DNA from: a virus
Lineage: Duplodnaviria; Caudoviricetes
IMG/VR virus record: IMGVR_UViG_3300037193_003384
Span: 2,145-66,144 of that record
Length of the DNA stretch: 64,000 bases
Strand: one strand, 5' to 3'
Part shown: positions 12,508 to 22,627 of the stretch, one piece after another
How positions within the stretch are numbered: the stretch's first letter is position 1
How the letters are laid out: every line of letters starts with the position of its first letter
Position numbers and translations under genes: made by a program
The notes under the pieces: model-generated
The model's database searches: none
Seen by the model: the letters and a program-made list of their open reading frames with translations, nothing else
Told to the model about the DNA's origin: nothing

Positions 12508-12851
12508 CAGTCCCGCTCCCGTTCGAAGTCGATCACGGTGACGATGCGATCAGGCTGGCACTTGTTGGCCTTGCAAAACAGCTCGATGAACGCGCGTGGC
12601 GTCATGCCCGCGAAGCCCTCCGCACGCACGTCCTCGGGCGTGATGGCATCGAGCCGTTCGCGCCGCACGCGCCGCACGCGGATGAGACCGAGCGACTGCT
12701 GGTGCTCACCGCGGCGCAGCCCCATCGCCTTCCGGACGGCGTTGAGAACCTCACCCTTCTGCAGGTCAGTCCAGCCCAGCCGGCGCGTCTGGGTCTTCGT
12801 GCCGTCCAGCACCTGCTGCTGGGTGAGCATGAAGGACATCGCGCGGGGCAT
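12507..12851 (-). CDS. ASCH domain protein
   Basis: MSF...VLDGTKTQTRR and ERLDAITPEDVRAEGF signatures. Confidence 0.85.
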   Translation of the reverse strand: MPRAMSFMLTQQQVLDGTKTQTRRLGWTDLQKGEVLNAVRKAMGLRRGEHQQSLGLIRVRRVRRERLDAITPEDVRAEGFAGMTPRAFIELFCKANKCQPDRIVTVIDFERERD

Positions 12852-13790
12852 CAGCCGAACGCCTCCACCGGCTTCACGGGGAAGCCCCGCAGCACGAGCG
12901 CCGTGAGCAGGTCGCGTTTGCGCTGCCAGACGACGCTGCCGTACAGCATGCAATCGAGCTCAGCCAGCGTGGCTGCGCGCTTGCCCGTGGTGGCGAAGGC
13001 CCGCCACGCATCCAGGAACTCGTCGCGGATTGGATCGGGCCCGGGCGCGATGGGGATCACGAACCGCTTACCCGCCCGGTGCAGCTGCACGGTGATGCAC
13101 GGGTCGATGGCCACGCCGCGCACGATCGTGGGCTGGATGACCACGTCGATCTCCTCGGCGTCATAGCCCAGGGTCATCAGGATCTGATGGGCGGCATACG
13201 TCTCCCGCACCAGCTCCTCCACCTCGGTGCTCACAGCTCACCCGCCGCGCGCAGCTGGTGAGCTGCATCCTGCAGGTCCTCCAGCGAGCCGTCGCCAGCG
13301 GACCAACCCACGGCAGCCACCACCAGGTTCCGGATGAGCACGTCGCAGACCCGCTCGTATTCGGAAGGCACCGCGTGCAGCAGCCAATGGTCGATGCGGT
13401 GGCTGAGCTCCACGGGCACCGCGTGCCCGCGCAGGCGGGTGAAGATCTGGCGCGCGCTGTCCAGCTTGATGCGCGCATCGTTGAGCTCCTTCGTGAGCTG
13501 GACGCCCAGCTCGGTCTGCGTGGCGATGAGCCCGCGCACGTCCGGCTGGTGCTCATTCACGATGGCCTCCGGTCTTCAATCGTGGTCTGGTCAGTGACCA
13601 ACCCGCGGCTGCGGAGCTCGGCTTCGATGGCGCCCTCGGTCTCCCCGCCCATGATCACGATGGTGACGCCAGGCAGCCCGATTGCTGGATCGTCGCCAGA
13701 GATGCGCATCGGCTGGCCCTGCAACAGCCGCTCGCAGTTGGCGCGGCTGAGCCCAAGGAGCACGAAGCTGCCAGCGCGCGCTCGGATCAT
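12851..13790 (-). other. three hypothetical genes (12851-13234, 13231-13560, 13557-13790)
   Basis: Chained overlaps and protein-like composition. Confidence 0.55.
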
Positions 13791-14614
13791 CCGATGGTCT
13801 CCTCGTCGCGCCAGGCATCGTCATCGGTAGTGGGTGGGGCGCCGGCTGCGGATGGCACGCCGAGCGGTCGCGACTCCACCTCGGCTTTACTGGCGTCTTC
13901 GTGTGGTGGCGCCGGCGCCCCTGGCCCGGCTTCTGCTGTTGGGTAACCATGCTGAGCCAGCAGCGAGTCGATGACTTCGCGCGGCCCCTCGAATAGCGCC
14001 CAGTTCCCAGGCGGCGGGTCGTGCCCGCTGAGCTCCACGGGGCCCACCGTGGCGAGGGCGATGGGCGCGTTCCAGTTGCCTGCCCGCTCCACCATGCGCT
14101 GCTCGACCTCGCGTGCCTCGGCGGCCAGCGCGCCGCTGATTCGGCGCTGCACGCGCACGCGCGGGTCGTTCGGCGAGATGGGCTTGACGCCCGTCAGCGG
14201 GCGTCGCTGGGCACTGCGCCGCAGCCACCCGCGCAGCAGCGCCTGCCAGTCCAGCCGCGGCTCGGGGCGGACGTCGGTGTAGAAGCCGACGAACTTCCGC
14301 ACCTCCTGCTGCGTGCGCTGCTCATCGAAGCCCAGCGCCTGCGCTACCTCGAGCGTGTGCTCGGTGGGCTGCAGGTCTTGCGGGCATGGCGTGAGCTCCC
14401 CTGCCCGATTGAGCTCGGCCACATGGGCTCGCTGCTGCGGGTCCAGGGTGCACGCCTCACCGCCCAGCAGCAGGGCCCGCAGCTCCTCGCCATCCCCTTT
14501 GCCCACGCAGAGCGTGCCCACGCTCTGGTGCCGGATCCAGATGGTGACGTAGTCGTGGGCGGGTCCCTGCCGCACCTCTACGCTGCTAATGAATGGTTCT
14601 GATCTCGTCGTCAT
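13787..14614 (-). CDS. hypothetical protein with DnaT-like DNA-binding domain
   Basis: CPQDLQP...ALGF...EVRKFVGFY...DWQALLRGWLRR resembles the C-terminal domain of the initiator at 29174-30157. Confidence 0.55.
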   Translation of the reverse strand: MTTRSEPFISSVEVRQGPAHDYVTIWIRHQSVGTLCVGKGDGEELRALLLGGEACTLDPQQRAHVAELNRAGELTPCPQDLQPTEHTLEVAQALGFDEQRTQQEVRKFVGFYTDVRPEPRLDWQALLRGWLRRSAQRRPLTGVKPISPNDPRVRVQRRISGALAAEAREVEQRMVERAGNWNAPIALATVGPVELSGHDPPPGNWALFEGPREVIDSLLAQHGYPTAEAGPGAPAPPHEDASKAEVESRPLGVPSAAGAPPTTDDDAWRDEETIG

Positions 14615-14663
14615 ACCGGCGCCTCGGTGTAACGGACGGCCCCGCCGTCAGAAATGGTTGCTC

Positions 14664-16184
14664 TCAGAATGGAGAGCTAGCCCACTCGGACTCACCCCCC
14701 GTTTCCGCCCCGGCGATGGACGCCAGCGCAGCCCCGGCATAATCATAGAGCTGGGTGAGCGCGTCAACCCGGTTGTCTTTGCCACCCGGTTTGCCCGTGA
14801 ACCGCTGCACCTCACGGTGGAAGTCGGGGACCCAGGGCCCGTCGTACATGCCCCCGAAGGGCGTCCGGATGAAGCCGTCATTCCAGGCCTGCCCGGTCGG
14901 GTGGCTGCGGATCAGCTTGCTGCCGCGCGGCGTGACGCGCACCAGGCGCAGCTTGGGGTTGAGCCGCCGGGCGACTTGGGATAGCGCTTTGAACGCGCTC
15001 ACCTCCTCGAGCAGCACCGGCGCGCCGCGGAAGCGCTCGCGCTGTAGGAGCTCGAGGTAGTCCAGCAGGTCGGGGATATCGCGCCACTGATCCTCCGCGT
15101 GCAACACGTCGATGCGCAGGTCCAGCTGCGGCTTATCGCGCGTGTGGTGCGGGCCCGGGCGGCGGTAGCAGGCGCCCACCACGATGCCCGATGAGTCTTT
15201 CATCTTGTCGTCTTCGATGCCGGGATCGCAGCTGATGACCACCACGGCCCCGTTGATCTCGGGCACCTGGTAGCGCGCGGGCTCACCGAAGACGCGGTCC
15301 CCGCGGGGCCGCCGATCGTTGGTGTACTGCGAGAACCAGTTGTAATCCTTGACGTCGTATTTCTTCCGGGCCAGCGCTTCGAGGCTCCACCGCGCAGGCC
15401 ATAGCGGCGTGCCGCCGATCAGCTCACCCGTGTCCTCGTCATACTCGGCGTCGAGCACCGCGGGCAGCGAGATGAGCTCCCACCCCTGCCCGTGCGGCGC
15501 CGTGCCCACGTCGGCCTTCAGCTGCGCGACGATGTCGATGTCGTTCCACGCCTGGTGCGTGATGAACATGGAGCCGCCGGGCTCGATGCGATTGCCGAGC
15601 GTGCCGCGCCACGTCTCCATCACCGCCTCCTGAATCACCGGTGATTCGGCCTCGGCGCGGTTCTTATAGGGGTCGTCATAGACCCCCATGTTGTAGCCCT
15701 CACCCGTGAACGAGCCGCCGCGCCCGCCGGCGGTGAAGCTGCCGCCCTCGACCGTCTGCCAGTAGCTCACGGCGCTGGCGGGATCCTGGCGGCCCTTGCT
15801 GATGATCTTCTCGTCGCCAGCCCAGACGCCCGCGCGCGCTGCCATCGTGCGCGCCCTGCGGCTCTTGCGCAGCGCGAGGCTGGCGGCATACGAGCAATAG
15901 AAGATGTGGTCCTCGGGGCGGTAGCGCAGCCGCCGCGCGCAGCCCGCCAGGATCGTCTCGGTCTTGCCGTGCCGCGGGGCCACCTCCACCAGCGCGTACA
16001 CGGGCTCGGTCATCGACCGATCGAGCGCATCCAGCAGCGGCGCCAGGTGATCGGGCCGCTGATACTGCGGCGAATGCATCTCGATGAACAGCCCGAGGTC
16101 CCGCTCCGCCAGCTCCACGTGCGCCGACCAGCGCGCCATCGCGCGGGCGTGAGCCTCCTCGGGATCAACGCGGGGTGCCGCCAT
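14664..16184 (-). CDS. terL: terminase large subunit
   Basis: Walker A VAPRHGKT, GGSFTGEG...YDDPYKN, nuclease SCDPG and DNRVDALTQ. Confidence 0.9.
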   Translation of the reverse strand: MAAPRVDPEEAHARAMARWSAHVELAERDLGLFIEMHSPQYQRPDHLAPLLDALDRSMTEPVYALVEVAPRHGKTETILAGCARRLRYRPEDHIFYCSYAASLALRKSRRARTMAARAGVWAGDEKIISKGRQDPASAVSYWQTVEGGSFTAGGRGGSFTGEGYNMGVYDDPYKNRAEAESPVIQEAVMETWRGTLGNRIEPGGSMFITHQAWNDIDIVAQLKADVGTAPHGQGWELISLPAVLDAEYDEDTGELIGGTPLWPARWSLEALARKKYDVKDYNWFSQYTNDRRPRGDRVFGEPARYQVPEINGAVVVISCDPGIEDDKMKDSSGIVVGACYRRPGPHHTRDKPQLDLRIDVLHAEDQWRDIPDLLDYLELLQRERFRGAPVLLEEVSAFKALSQVARRLNPKLRLVRVTPRGSKLIRSHPTGQAWNDGFIRTPFGGMYDGPWVPDFHREVQRFTGKPGGKDNRVDALTQLYDYAGAALASIAGAETGGESEWASSPF

Positions 16185-16362
16185 CGGGCTCCGGTTCGTC
16201 ACCGCCATCGTCGGCGGCAGCCACCTCGGCGCGCAGCACCAGCACATGTTGCGGTGCTCTGATCGCCAGCTTCACCGAGCTGCGATGGGTCGCGGTGACC
16301 ATGATCTCGATGCTGTCCCCGATCAGGATGCGCTGGCCCTTGCGGCGGGTGATGATCAGCAT
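16165..16362 (-). CDS. csrA: carbon storage regulator CsrA/RsmA family RNA-binding protein
   Basis: MLIITRRKGQRILIGDSIEIMV...VKLAIRAP..VLVLRAEV follows the CsrA consensus. Confidence 0.9.
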   Translation of the reverse strand: MLIITRRKGQRILIGDSIEIMVTATHRSSVKLAIRAPQHVLVLRAEVAAADDGGDEPEPDGGTPR

Positions 16363-17346
16363 CGCGGCGCATGCTCACACATCCGGTGGTGCTCACCCGG
16401 CTCGGGGTGGTCGGTCCAATACTGGCAGCCGCAGCACTCGGGATCGGGATGCAGCGCCAGCGCGTGGAAGCCGCTCTCCTTCGGCGGCTCGCTGGGCACG
16501 GCGCCCACGGCGTGGAGCTCAGCTTCGAGGTCCATCACGCGCTGCCGCCACGCCAGCAGCTGGTACCGCGATGAGGCGGGGAACGGTGGGTCGATGGGCT
16601 GCCGCGCGATCACCTCGATCTGCTCCACCTCGAGCTGGATCCGGATGGAGATGTCCTCGTCGGTGACGCCCTGCTCTTTCCATTCGTGGATCAGGCGCCG
16701 GCGCGCATCGATGTAGTCGGGCCACGCGGTCATGATAGGCTCGCTGCGCCCGGGGCGGGCTGCCCGTCGTCAGTGTCCAGCCTGCCGCCTGCCCCGGGCA
16801 TCTGTTGCGCGCGCAGGCGGTGTTCCCAGCGGCTCACGCAGGGGTCGCACCCCTGCCCGTCGCCGCTCAGAATCTCCATGTCCTCCAGGTCAAAGTAACG
16901 CTGGCAGAAGTCGCACCGCCACCAGGTGAGCTCACCGTCGTGATAGGTGTCCCCGTAGGCTTCCGAGCTCACCGCGCTGAGCCTGCCGCGGCAGTTGAAG
17001 CAGTTGCACGGGTACTCATTGAGGTGATCGATGCAGCCGCCGCAGCCCACCGCCGCGCACTCGGGATCGACCGTCGGTGCCCACTCACCCGCGGGGACCT
17101 CCGGACCCAGGTCCACGGTTACCCTCCCCCGAGCCGGCGCGCGGGTGGCGTGATGTCGCGCCGGTTGGTCATCAGCGCGGGTGGCGTGCCGCGCGGATAG
17201 AAGAGCCCCTGGTGCTCGATCCAGTTGCGGTGCCGCGTCGTGCGCTCCCACTCGCGCGTAAACGCCGTCTCGGTGAACTGCCCACGCCCATAGGGATTGA
17301 GCTCGATCACCCGCGCAGGCTGCTGCTGCGGATTCGCCTTCATCAT
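16356..17346 (-). other. three small hypothetical genes, two Cys-rich
   Basis: ORFs 16356-16733, 16730-17117 and 17119-17346 chained between sigma factor and csrA. Confidence 0.5.
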
Positions 17347-17945
17347 GCCGGCCCTCCTCGTCGTGACAGAGCATGCCGCGTCTCGCCCGGAACCACCAGG
17401 GGCGGCGCCTGCCCGGTGAGGTGGCTTCGCATGCCGATGAGTGAGCGCGACACTCGCTGGCTGATCCGCGCTTCGCTCACGCCCTCGTCCACACCGATGT
17501 CGCGCCACTTGCGCCCGCGCTGGTAGGCGGCCTCCATGATGCGCGCATCGCGCGGGCTGAGCGGCGCGCCCCACGCCTTCGCCGCATCGATCTGGCGGAT
17601 GGCCACGTCCTCCGGTGACTCGTCATCCGTGGCGAATTGGGCGGGGCTGCCGCCGTCGCTCACGTCCTCCATGTGCACCACGGTGGCGCGCGCCTGCCCG
17701 CCCCGGCGCCGGCTCGACCAGTCCTGCCGCCGGAGCTCATCGAGCACGGAGCCGCGCACGCGCGCCGCCAGGTACCATTCGAAGCCCGGGCCCTGCCCGC
17801 CCTCCGGGTGCCGCGTCAACGCGTCCACCAGCCCGAGCAGCGCCGCCTGCTCGAGGTCCTCCCGCAGCACGTTGCACGGCATCCGGCGCATAATCGCGCG
17901 GGCGATCTTCAGCGCCATGCCGTACTGCGCCTTCGTGATCTTCAC
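17343..17945 (-). CDS. RNA polymerase sigma factor, FliA/WhiG-like
   Basis: Region 2 EDLEQAALLGLVDA...FEWY...RVRGSVLDELRRQDW and region 4 DIGVDEGVSEARISQ. Confidence 0.85.
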   Translation of the reverse strand: MKITKAQYGMALKIARAIMRRMPCNVLREDLEQAALLGLVDALTRHPEGGQGPGFEWYLAARVRGSVLDELRRQDWSSRRRGGQARATVVHMEDVSDGGSPAQFATDDESPEDVAIRQIDAAKAWGAPLSPRDARIMEAAYQRGRKWRDIGVDEGVSEARISQRVSRSLIGMRSHLTGQAPPLVVPGETRHALSRRGGPA

Positions 17946-18890
17946 CGCTGCGCCTTCCCCTCGAGCCCGGTGCAGTGCGGGCAGTGCTCGGTCGCGTGCA
18001 CCCGGAAGCAGTTCGTGCAGACGACCGTGCGCGTTGCATCGTACAACGCCCGGGCCAGCGCGGCGATGAGAAGCTCAGCGCGGTCTAACCGCTCACGGAG
18101 GACGGCCTCCCGGAGCTCAACCGAACCGGACACCGTCGGTGCGCCGCGCGCGCAGCTGGGCTGCCTGCTCGAGCAGGCGCCGGGCGCGTTTGCGATAGCC
18201 CTCGGCGAGTTTGGGTTTGCCTTCGCTGGCGCAGCGATCGGCATCGGCCTGGCACTGGCGCGCCGTGGCTTCGAGCGATTCGACGGTGGCGGGTGGCGCG
18301 ACGATCAGCATCAGCTGGCCCTCGCACGCCGCAGCTCGGCAGCGCGATCACGCAGGCGCCCGGCGGCTTCCATCTTCAGATGCGCGTCGAGCTCTGCCTT
18401 CGTGCCGGGGATGGGCTTGCTGCGGATGAGCATGCGCGCTTCTTCCTCGAGCACGTTCGCGCGCGCTTCGAGCTGCACCGGATCATCCGCAGCGATCATA
18501 GGTTGAAGCCCACCCCGCCCGTCTTACTGCAGTCGATGGTGCCGCCTGCCCCGGTGTAAGTCACGCTGGATTCGCCCACGTGCACGCTGCCGCCAGCCTC
18601 CTGCAGCACGCGCTCGAACTCACGCGCCGCATCCTGAAGGCCCGCGCGCGCGCAGACATCACGCGCCTGCCGAACCTGCGCCGGCGTGAAGACGTAGACG
18701 TGCGGTTGCATCGCTGGCCTCGCGAGCGCTGCGCGCAGGTCATCGAGCGGGTCGCTGGTGTTCGTCCAGGTGAGCTGAGAAATGCGCAGGTGCAGCAGCC
18801 TGATCAGCTGCACGCGCGCCGCGCAGGTCTGCACGTGCAGCTGCAGCCGTTGACGCGCCCAGCGAATCCGTGCCCGCGACGTTGCGCCCA

Positions 18891-19070
18891 TCAGCTCACC
18901 CGAATGGTCGGGCCCCAGCCGCCCAGCGCAGCCAGCACCCAGAGCAGGAAGACCACGGCCACCACGATCTGCAGGATGGTGCGGATGCGCGGCTCCATGG
19001 GGATCATCCCCAGCACCCAGCAGATGACCGCCACCAGCAGCACCGCGACCAGCAACCCCACCAGCGACAT
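18891..19070 (-). CDS. small two-helix membrane protein
   Basis: MSLVGLLVAVLLVAVICWVLGMIPMEPRIRTILQIVVAVVFLLWVL, with TACCGT 6 nt before the ATG. Confidence 0.7.
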   Translation of the reverse strand: MSLVGLLVAVLLVAVICWVLGMIPMEPRIRTILQIVVAVVFLLWVLAALGGWGPTIRVS

Positions 19071-19124
19071 ACCGCTACGGTAGCATGGGGCTGGGCGCAA
19101 CGCGCGCGGCGCTATGCCCCTGGA

Positions 19125-19712
19125 TCAGTGCATCGATTCGGCATCGGGATCGGCGCCGTTGGTTTCGCCAGCCGCGAACTCACCCGCCAGCCGTCGCATC
19201 GCGCGCTTCGGCTTCGTGCCGTCATTCGCGAACGCCAGCTTCTCCTCCACCGACCAGCCCTCGAACGGATCGGTGTTCTCCTTGATCGCCAGCTTCTGAG
19301 CGGGCTCGACGCCCATGTAAAAGCCGAACGCGCGGGTGGCGTCCAGCGCGACGCGCAAACCCTGCTCGCTGTTCTTGGCCATGGCCTTCGCCCGGATGAC
19401 TTCGAACGTCTGCAGGATCTGCGCGAGCGCTTCCTTCTGCGCCTCCGGGTCCATGCGCAGCTGGCGGCGCAGCAGGCGCGATGCCTCCGCCGCAAATTTC
19501 CGGACGGTGTTCGGCGCGCAGTCCCACTGCTCAGCCAGCGCCCGATCGCTCACGCCGCTGAGCCACGCGCCACTCTGCATCTTCGCGGCGATCTCCTCGA
19601 TGCGCCGCTCCTTCTCGCTGAGCTCCGCCCAGTAGTGCGCGTTCGATCCCGGGCGCGGGCCGCGCTGCTTTGGCTTCTTCGGCTTCGGCAGGCGCTTCCG
19701 CGGTGAGCTCAC
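19125..19712 (-). CDS. putative terminase small subunit (HTH)
   Basis: HTH-like DRALAEQWDCAPNTVRK, helical core and acidic tail. Upstream of terL in the same operon. Confidence 0.5.
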   Translation of the reverse strand: MSSPRKRLPKPKKPKQRGPRPGSNAHYWAELSEKERRIEEIAAKMQSGAWLSGVSDRALAEQWDCAPNTVRKFAAEASRLLRRQLRMDPEAQKEALAQILQTFEVIRAKAMAKNSEQGLRVALDATRAFGFYMGVEPAQKLAIKENTDPFEGWSVEEKLAFANDGTKPKRAMRRLAGEFAAGETNGADPDAESMH

Positions 19713-19875
19713 GCAGCCACCTCGTCATCCTCGTCGCTGTTGTCAGCGCAGCCGAGCGCGCAGATATGCGCAGCCTCGTTCCCCTGCCCGTCGAATAGCG
19801 GTCGCAGCAGTGCGACCCGGCTGCACCAGAAGTTGTCGCATAGCCCGATCACGAGCGCGTGTTCACGGCTTGGCA

Positions 19876-21222
19876 TCACGCAGCCACCGCCATCGGGATG
19901 CGCTGCGGCTCCTCACCGGTGAGTTTGCGCCAGCGCTCCACGGTCACGTCGCAATAGGCGGGCTCCACATCGATGGCGAAGCAGCGGCGCCCCAGCTTCT
20001 GCGCGGCGATCAGCGTGGTGCCCGAGCCCACGAACGGATCGTACACGTCACCCTTGTGATTGCGGATCGGGCGGGCCATGCACTCGAGCGGCTTTTGCGA
20101 GCCGTGCGTGGTGTCCATGTCCTCGGTGCCCTTCTGGGTGAAGCCCACCTTCGACTGGATCGTCCAGAGCGTCGTCTGTTTGCGCCCGCCGATCCAGCCC
20201 GCGGTCTCCCCCTTGCGCACCACGTACCAGCAGGGCTCGTGCTGCCAATGGTAGTTGCCCCGGCTCATCACCAGCGCGGCCTTGCCCCAGATGATCTGCT
20301 GCCGCACGAGCAGCTTGGTGCGCGCCAGGTGCGCGGCCACCTCGGCGCCGTAGACGCCCGCGTGCCAGACGTATCCCACGGGCCCGTTGAACAGCGCGTA
20401 GGCTTCGGTCCAGTCGCGGCGGTTATCGTTGCGGATCGTGCCCGTGTGCTTCTGCTTCACGGGTGAGAACTCGTCGCGCCAGGTGCTGTCCAGGCTCACG
20501 CCGTAGGGCGGGTCCGTCACCATCAGCCGGGGCTTCGCGCCGTCCAGCACCAGCTGCACGACGTCAGCGCGCGTGCAGTCCCCGCACACCAGCCGGTGCT
20601 GCCCCAGGATCCAGAGATCGCCGGGCTGCGTGACGGGCACCGCCGGCGGCTCCGGCACATCGTCATCGTCCATCTGCTGGTTGCCGCTCAGCGCCTGCAG
20701 CTCGGCCGCGCTGAAGCCGGCGATGTCCAGGTCGTTGGCGGTGAGCTCACCCGCGCCGATGATGCGCCCGAGCTCATCCGGGTCCCAGTCGCTGATCTCA
20801 CCCAGCTTGTTGTCGGCGAGCGCCAGTGCGTGCGCGGCCGCGGGCTCCATCCGCCGCACGCGCACGGGCACCTGCGTGAGCCGCAGCTGCTGCGCCGCCT
20901 GCCAGGCGGTGTGCCCGATGATCAGCTCGCCCTCGCACCGGGGCCAGACGTTGACCACCAGCGGGCGGCCCCACCCCCATTTGCGAATCGAACGCGCCAC
21001 GGGCGCCACGGCCTTGGCGTTCTTACGCGGGTTCTGCACCCACGGCTTCACGCGTTCGATCGGCCACCAGGCGAAGTCGGGCAGCGTAGGATCGAGGCTG
21101 GGCTCGAGCCCATCCACCGTGCCCAGCACCACCGATTCAGGCTCGGACGGCGGTGAGCTCGAGCGCGCAGTGCGCCGCGAACGCGATCCCCCATCTGCCG
21201 CTCCCACCTTGCGCGCAGCCAT
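19876..21222 (-). CDS. ParB-like N-terminal domain fused to N6/N4 DNA methyltransferase
   Basis: NPRKN...SIRKWGW...IIGH...LADNK, then HRLVCGD, TDPPY, HGSQKP and YDPFVGSGTT. Confidence 0.92.
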   Translation of the reverse strand: MAARKVGAADGGSRSRRTARSSSPPSEPESVVLGTVDGLEPSLDPTLPDFAWWPIERVKPWVQNPRKNAKAVAPVARSIRKWGWGRPLVVNVWPRCEGELIIGHTAWQAAQQLRLTQVPVRVRRMEPAAAHALALADNKLGEISDWDPDELGRIIGAGELTANDLDIAGFSAAELQALSGNQQMDDDDVPEPPAVPVTQPGDLWILGQHRLVCGDCTRADVVQLVLDGAKPRLMVTDPPYGVSLDSTWRDEFSPVKQKHTGTIRNDNRRDWTEAYALFNGPVGYVWHAGVYGAEVAAHLARTKLLVRQQIIWGKAALVMSRGNYHWQHEPCWYVVRKGETAGWIGGRKQTTLWTIQSKVGFTQKGTEDMDTTHGSQKPLECMARPIRNHKGDVYDPFVGSGTTLIAAQKLGRRCFAIDVEPAYCDVTVERWRKLTGEEPQRIPMAVAA

Positions 21223-21374
21223 GTACCTGCCGTTATGGCATGATCAATTGCGCCTGGACAGCCGCGCGTGCGCGCGTGAGGGCCGCAGCAGGTGAGCGCC
21301 CGCTACCCCTCACCCCCCGAAACCGATCCAGGTCCGCCTGCACGCAGGTCCCCCCGTCCCCCCCCGGACGTGGA

Positions 21375-21671
21375 TCACGCTGCGCTGGACAGCATCTGCC
21401 GGATGATGTGTGGGTGCTTCGCCGCGATCCGCAGCAGGGCCAGGCCGGGGCCTTCGGGCATGCGCCGGTCCTGTTCCCAGTTCCGCAGCGTGTGCACGCT
21501 GATGCCCAGCGCCTCGGCGAACTGCGCCTGGGTGAGGTCCACGAAGCGCCGCAGGGCGGCCACGTCGCCCGGCTCGAGCTTGCCGGCGATGATGCGTTTG
21601 CGCTGGCTCATCCGCAGCGCCCGGGCGAAGTCGGCTGCGGTCCATTCGGGGGGATCATGGGGGTCGTTCAT
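21375..21671 (-). CDS. antitoxin, XRE-type helix-turn-helix
   Basis: LTQAQFAEALGISVHTLRNWEQDRRMP, with a BrnA-like N-terminus PEWTAADFARA. Overlaps the toxin stop. Confidence 0.8.
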   Translation of the reverse strand: MNDPHDPPEWTAADFARALRMSQRKRIIAGKLEPGDVAALRRFVDLTQAQFAEALGISVHTLRNWEQDRRMPEGPGLALLRIAAKHPHIIRQMLSSAA

Positions 21672-21958
21672 GGGGGGGTTCCTTTCAGGTGAGCGCGGTA
21701 GGCGCGCCGTTGTGCGGGGCTGGCGGGCCACGCGCTGATGATGTGCACCACGTCCTCAGCCGGCTCGGTCCACACCACCAGCAGCACGCGGCGGCTGCTG
21801 GCGCCGATCGCGTGGAAGCGGTATTCGCCTTCACTGTGCGCGTGGTCGGGCAGGATGAGCGGGTCGCCAGCGAAAACCTCGCTGGCTTCTTCGAACGTGA
21901 CGCCCTGGTGCCGTGCCGGGTTGGCGGCTGCTTTTGGCGGGTCCCAGGTGATGCGCAC
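21668..21958 (-). CDS. brnT: BrnT family toxin
   Basis: WDPPKAAAN..HQGVTFEEASEVF...HSEGEYRF.AIG...VLLVVWT...IISA. Confidence 0.85.
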   Translation of the reverse strand: MRITWDPPKAAANPARHQGVTFEEASEVFAGDPLILPDHAHSEGEYRFHAIGASSRRVLLVVWTEPAEDVVHIISAWPASPAQRRAYRAHLKGTPP

Positions 21959-22165
21959 AATAGACTGTGCGCCGTGGGCTTAGTAGAGTCAAGCCGCGTG
22001 CCGGCGTGGTGAGGCGCCCATTTCGGCAGGGAAATCGACCACGGGAGCACCGGCATGGTACGCAATTCTGCAGCGTGGCGGGTGCGTCCACGGCGGACCC
22101 GAGCCAGTCTTATAGGGTGGTCACGCCGCAGCCAAACCTGGCGGGCCACGGAAAGAGAACGCCCC

Positions 22166-22546
22166 ATGTCAAAGCCCCTCACGATCCACGCTGACGTCAC
22201 CACGCACCACGGCCCGCTGGGCTGGGTGGCGGTCGCTAAGCTCACCACCCCGGCGGGCAGCACCCGCACCACGCAGCGCCAGCTGAGCGCCGCTATGTAC
22301 CGCGTGGCGGCCGAGCTGGAGACCGCCCTGGCTGACGGCGCCGCGCCCGATGGCGACTGCCTGGGCTACACGGTGGACGTGCGCGGCCCGCAGCTGGAGA
22401 TGGGGCTCAGCGCTACCGTGCGCCTGGTGCTGACCGATGGCGACATGCCGGTGGACGTGGCGTACGCCGAGGAGATGGTGATCGATGCCTGCGTGGCCTG
22501 CGGGCTCGAGCCCGAGCACGCGGGCAGCGGCCCGCTGGATCGCTGA
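22166..22546 (+). CDS. hypothetical protein (paralog of 24479-24817)
   Basis: Follows a variant of the shared leader. Has AAMYRVAAEL, GDCLGYTVDV and LEMG. Confidence 0.7.
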   Translation: MSKPLTIHADVTTHHGPLGWVAVAKLTTPAGSTRTTQRQLSAAMYRVAAELETALADGAAPDGDCLGYTVDVRGPQLEMGLSATVRLVLTDGDMPVDVAYAEEMVIDACVACGLEPEHAGSGPLDR

Positions 22547-22627
22547 CCCGCCCATACGGCGCAGCGCCTGGCAACGGGCGCCGCGCCGCAGGGTGCGCCA
22601 GCCAAACCAGCACCGAGGAGAAAGCCA

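Noticed and set aside
19876-21222. ParB partner of the ParA
   Set aside because: The ParB-like domain is the common N-terminal fusion on phage methylases and lacks an HTH. The RHH gene overlapping parA is the better partner
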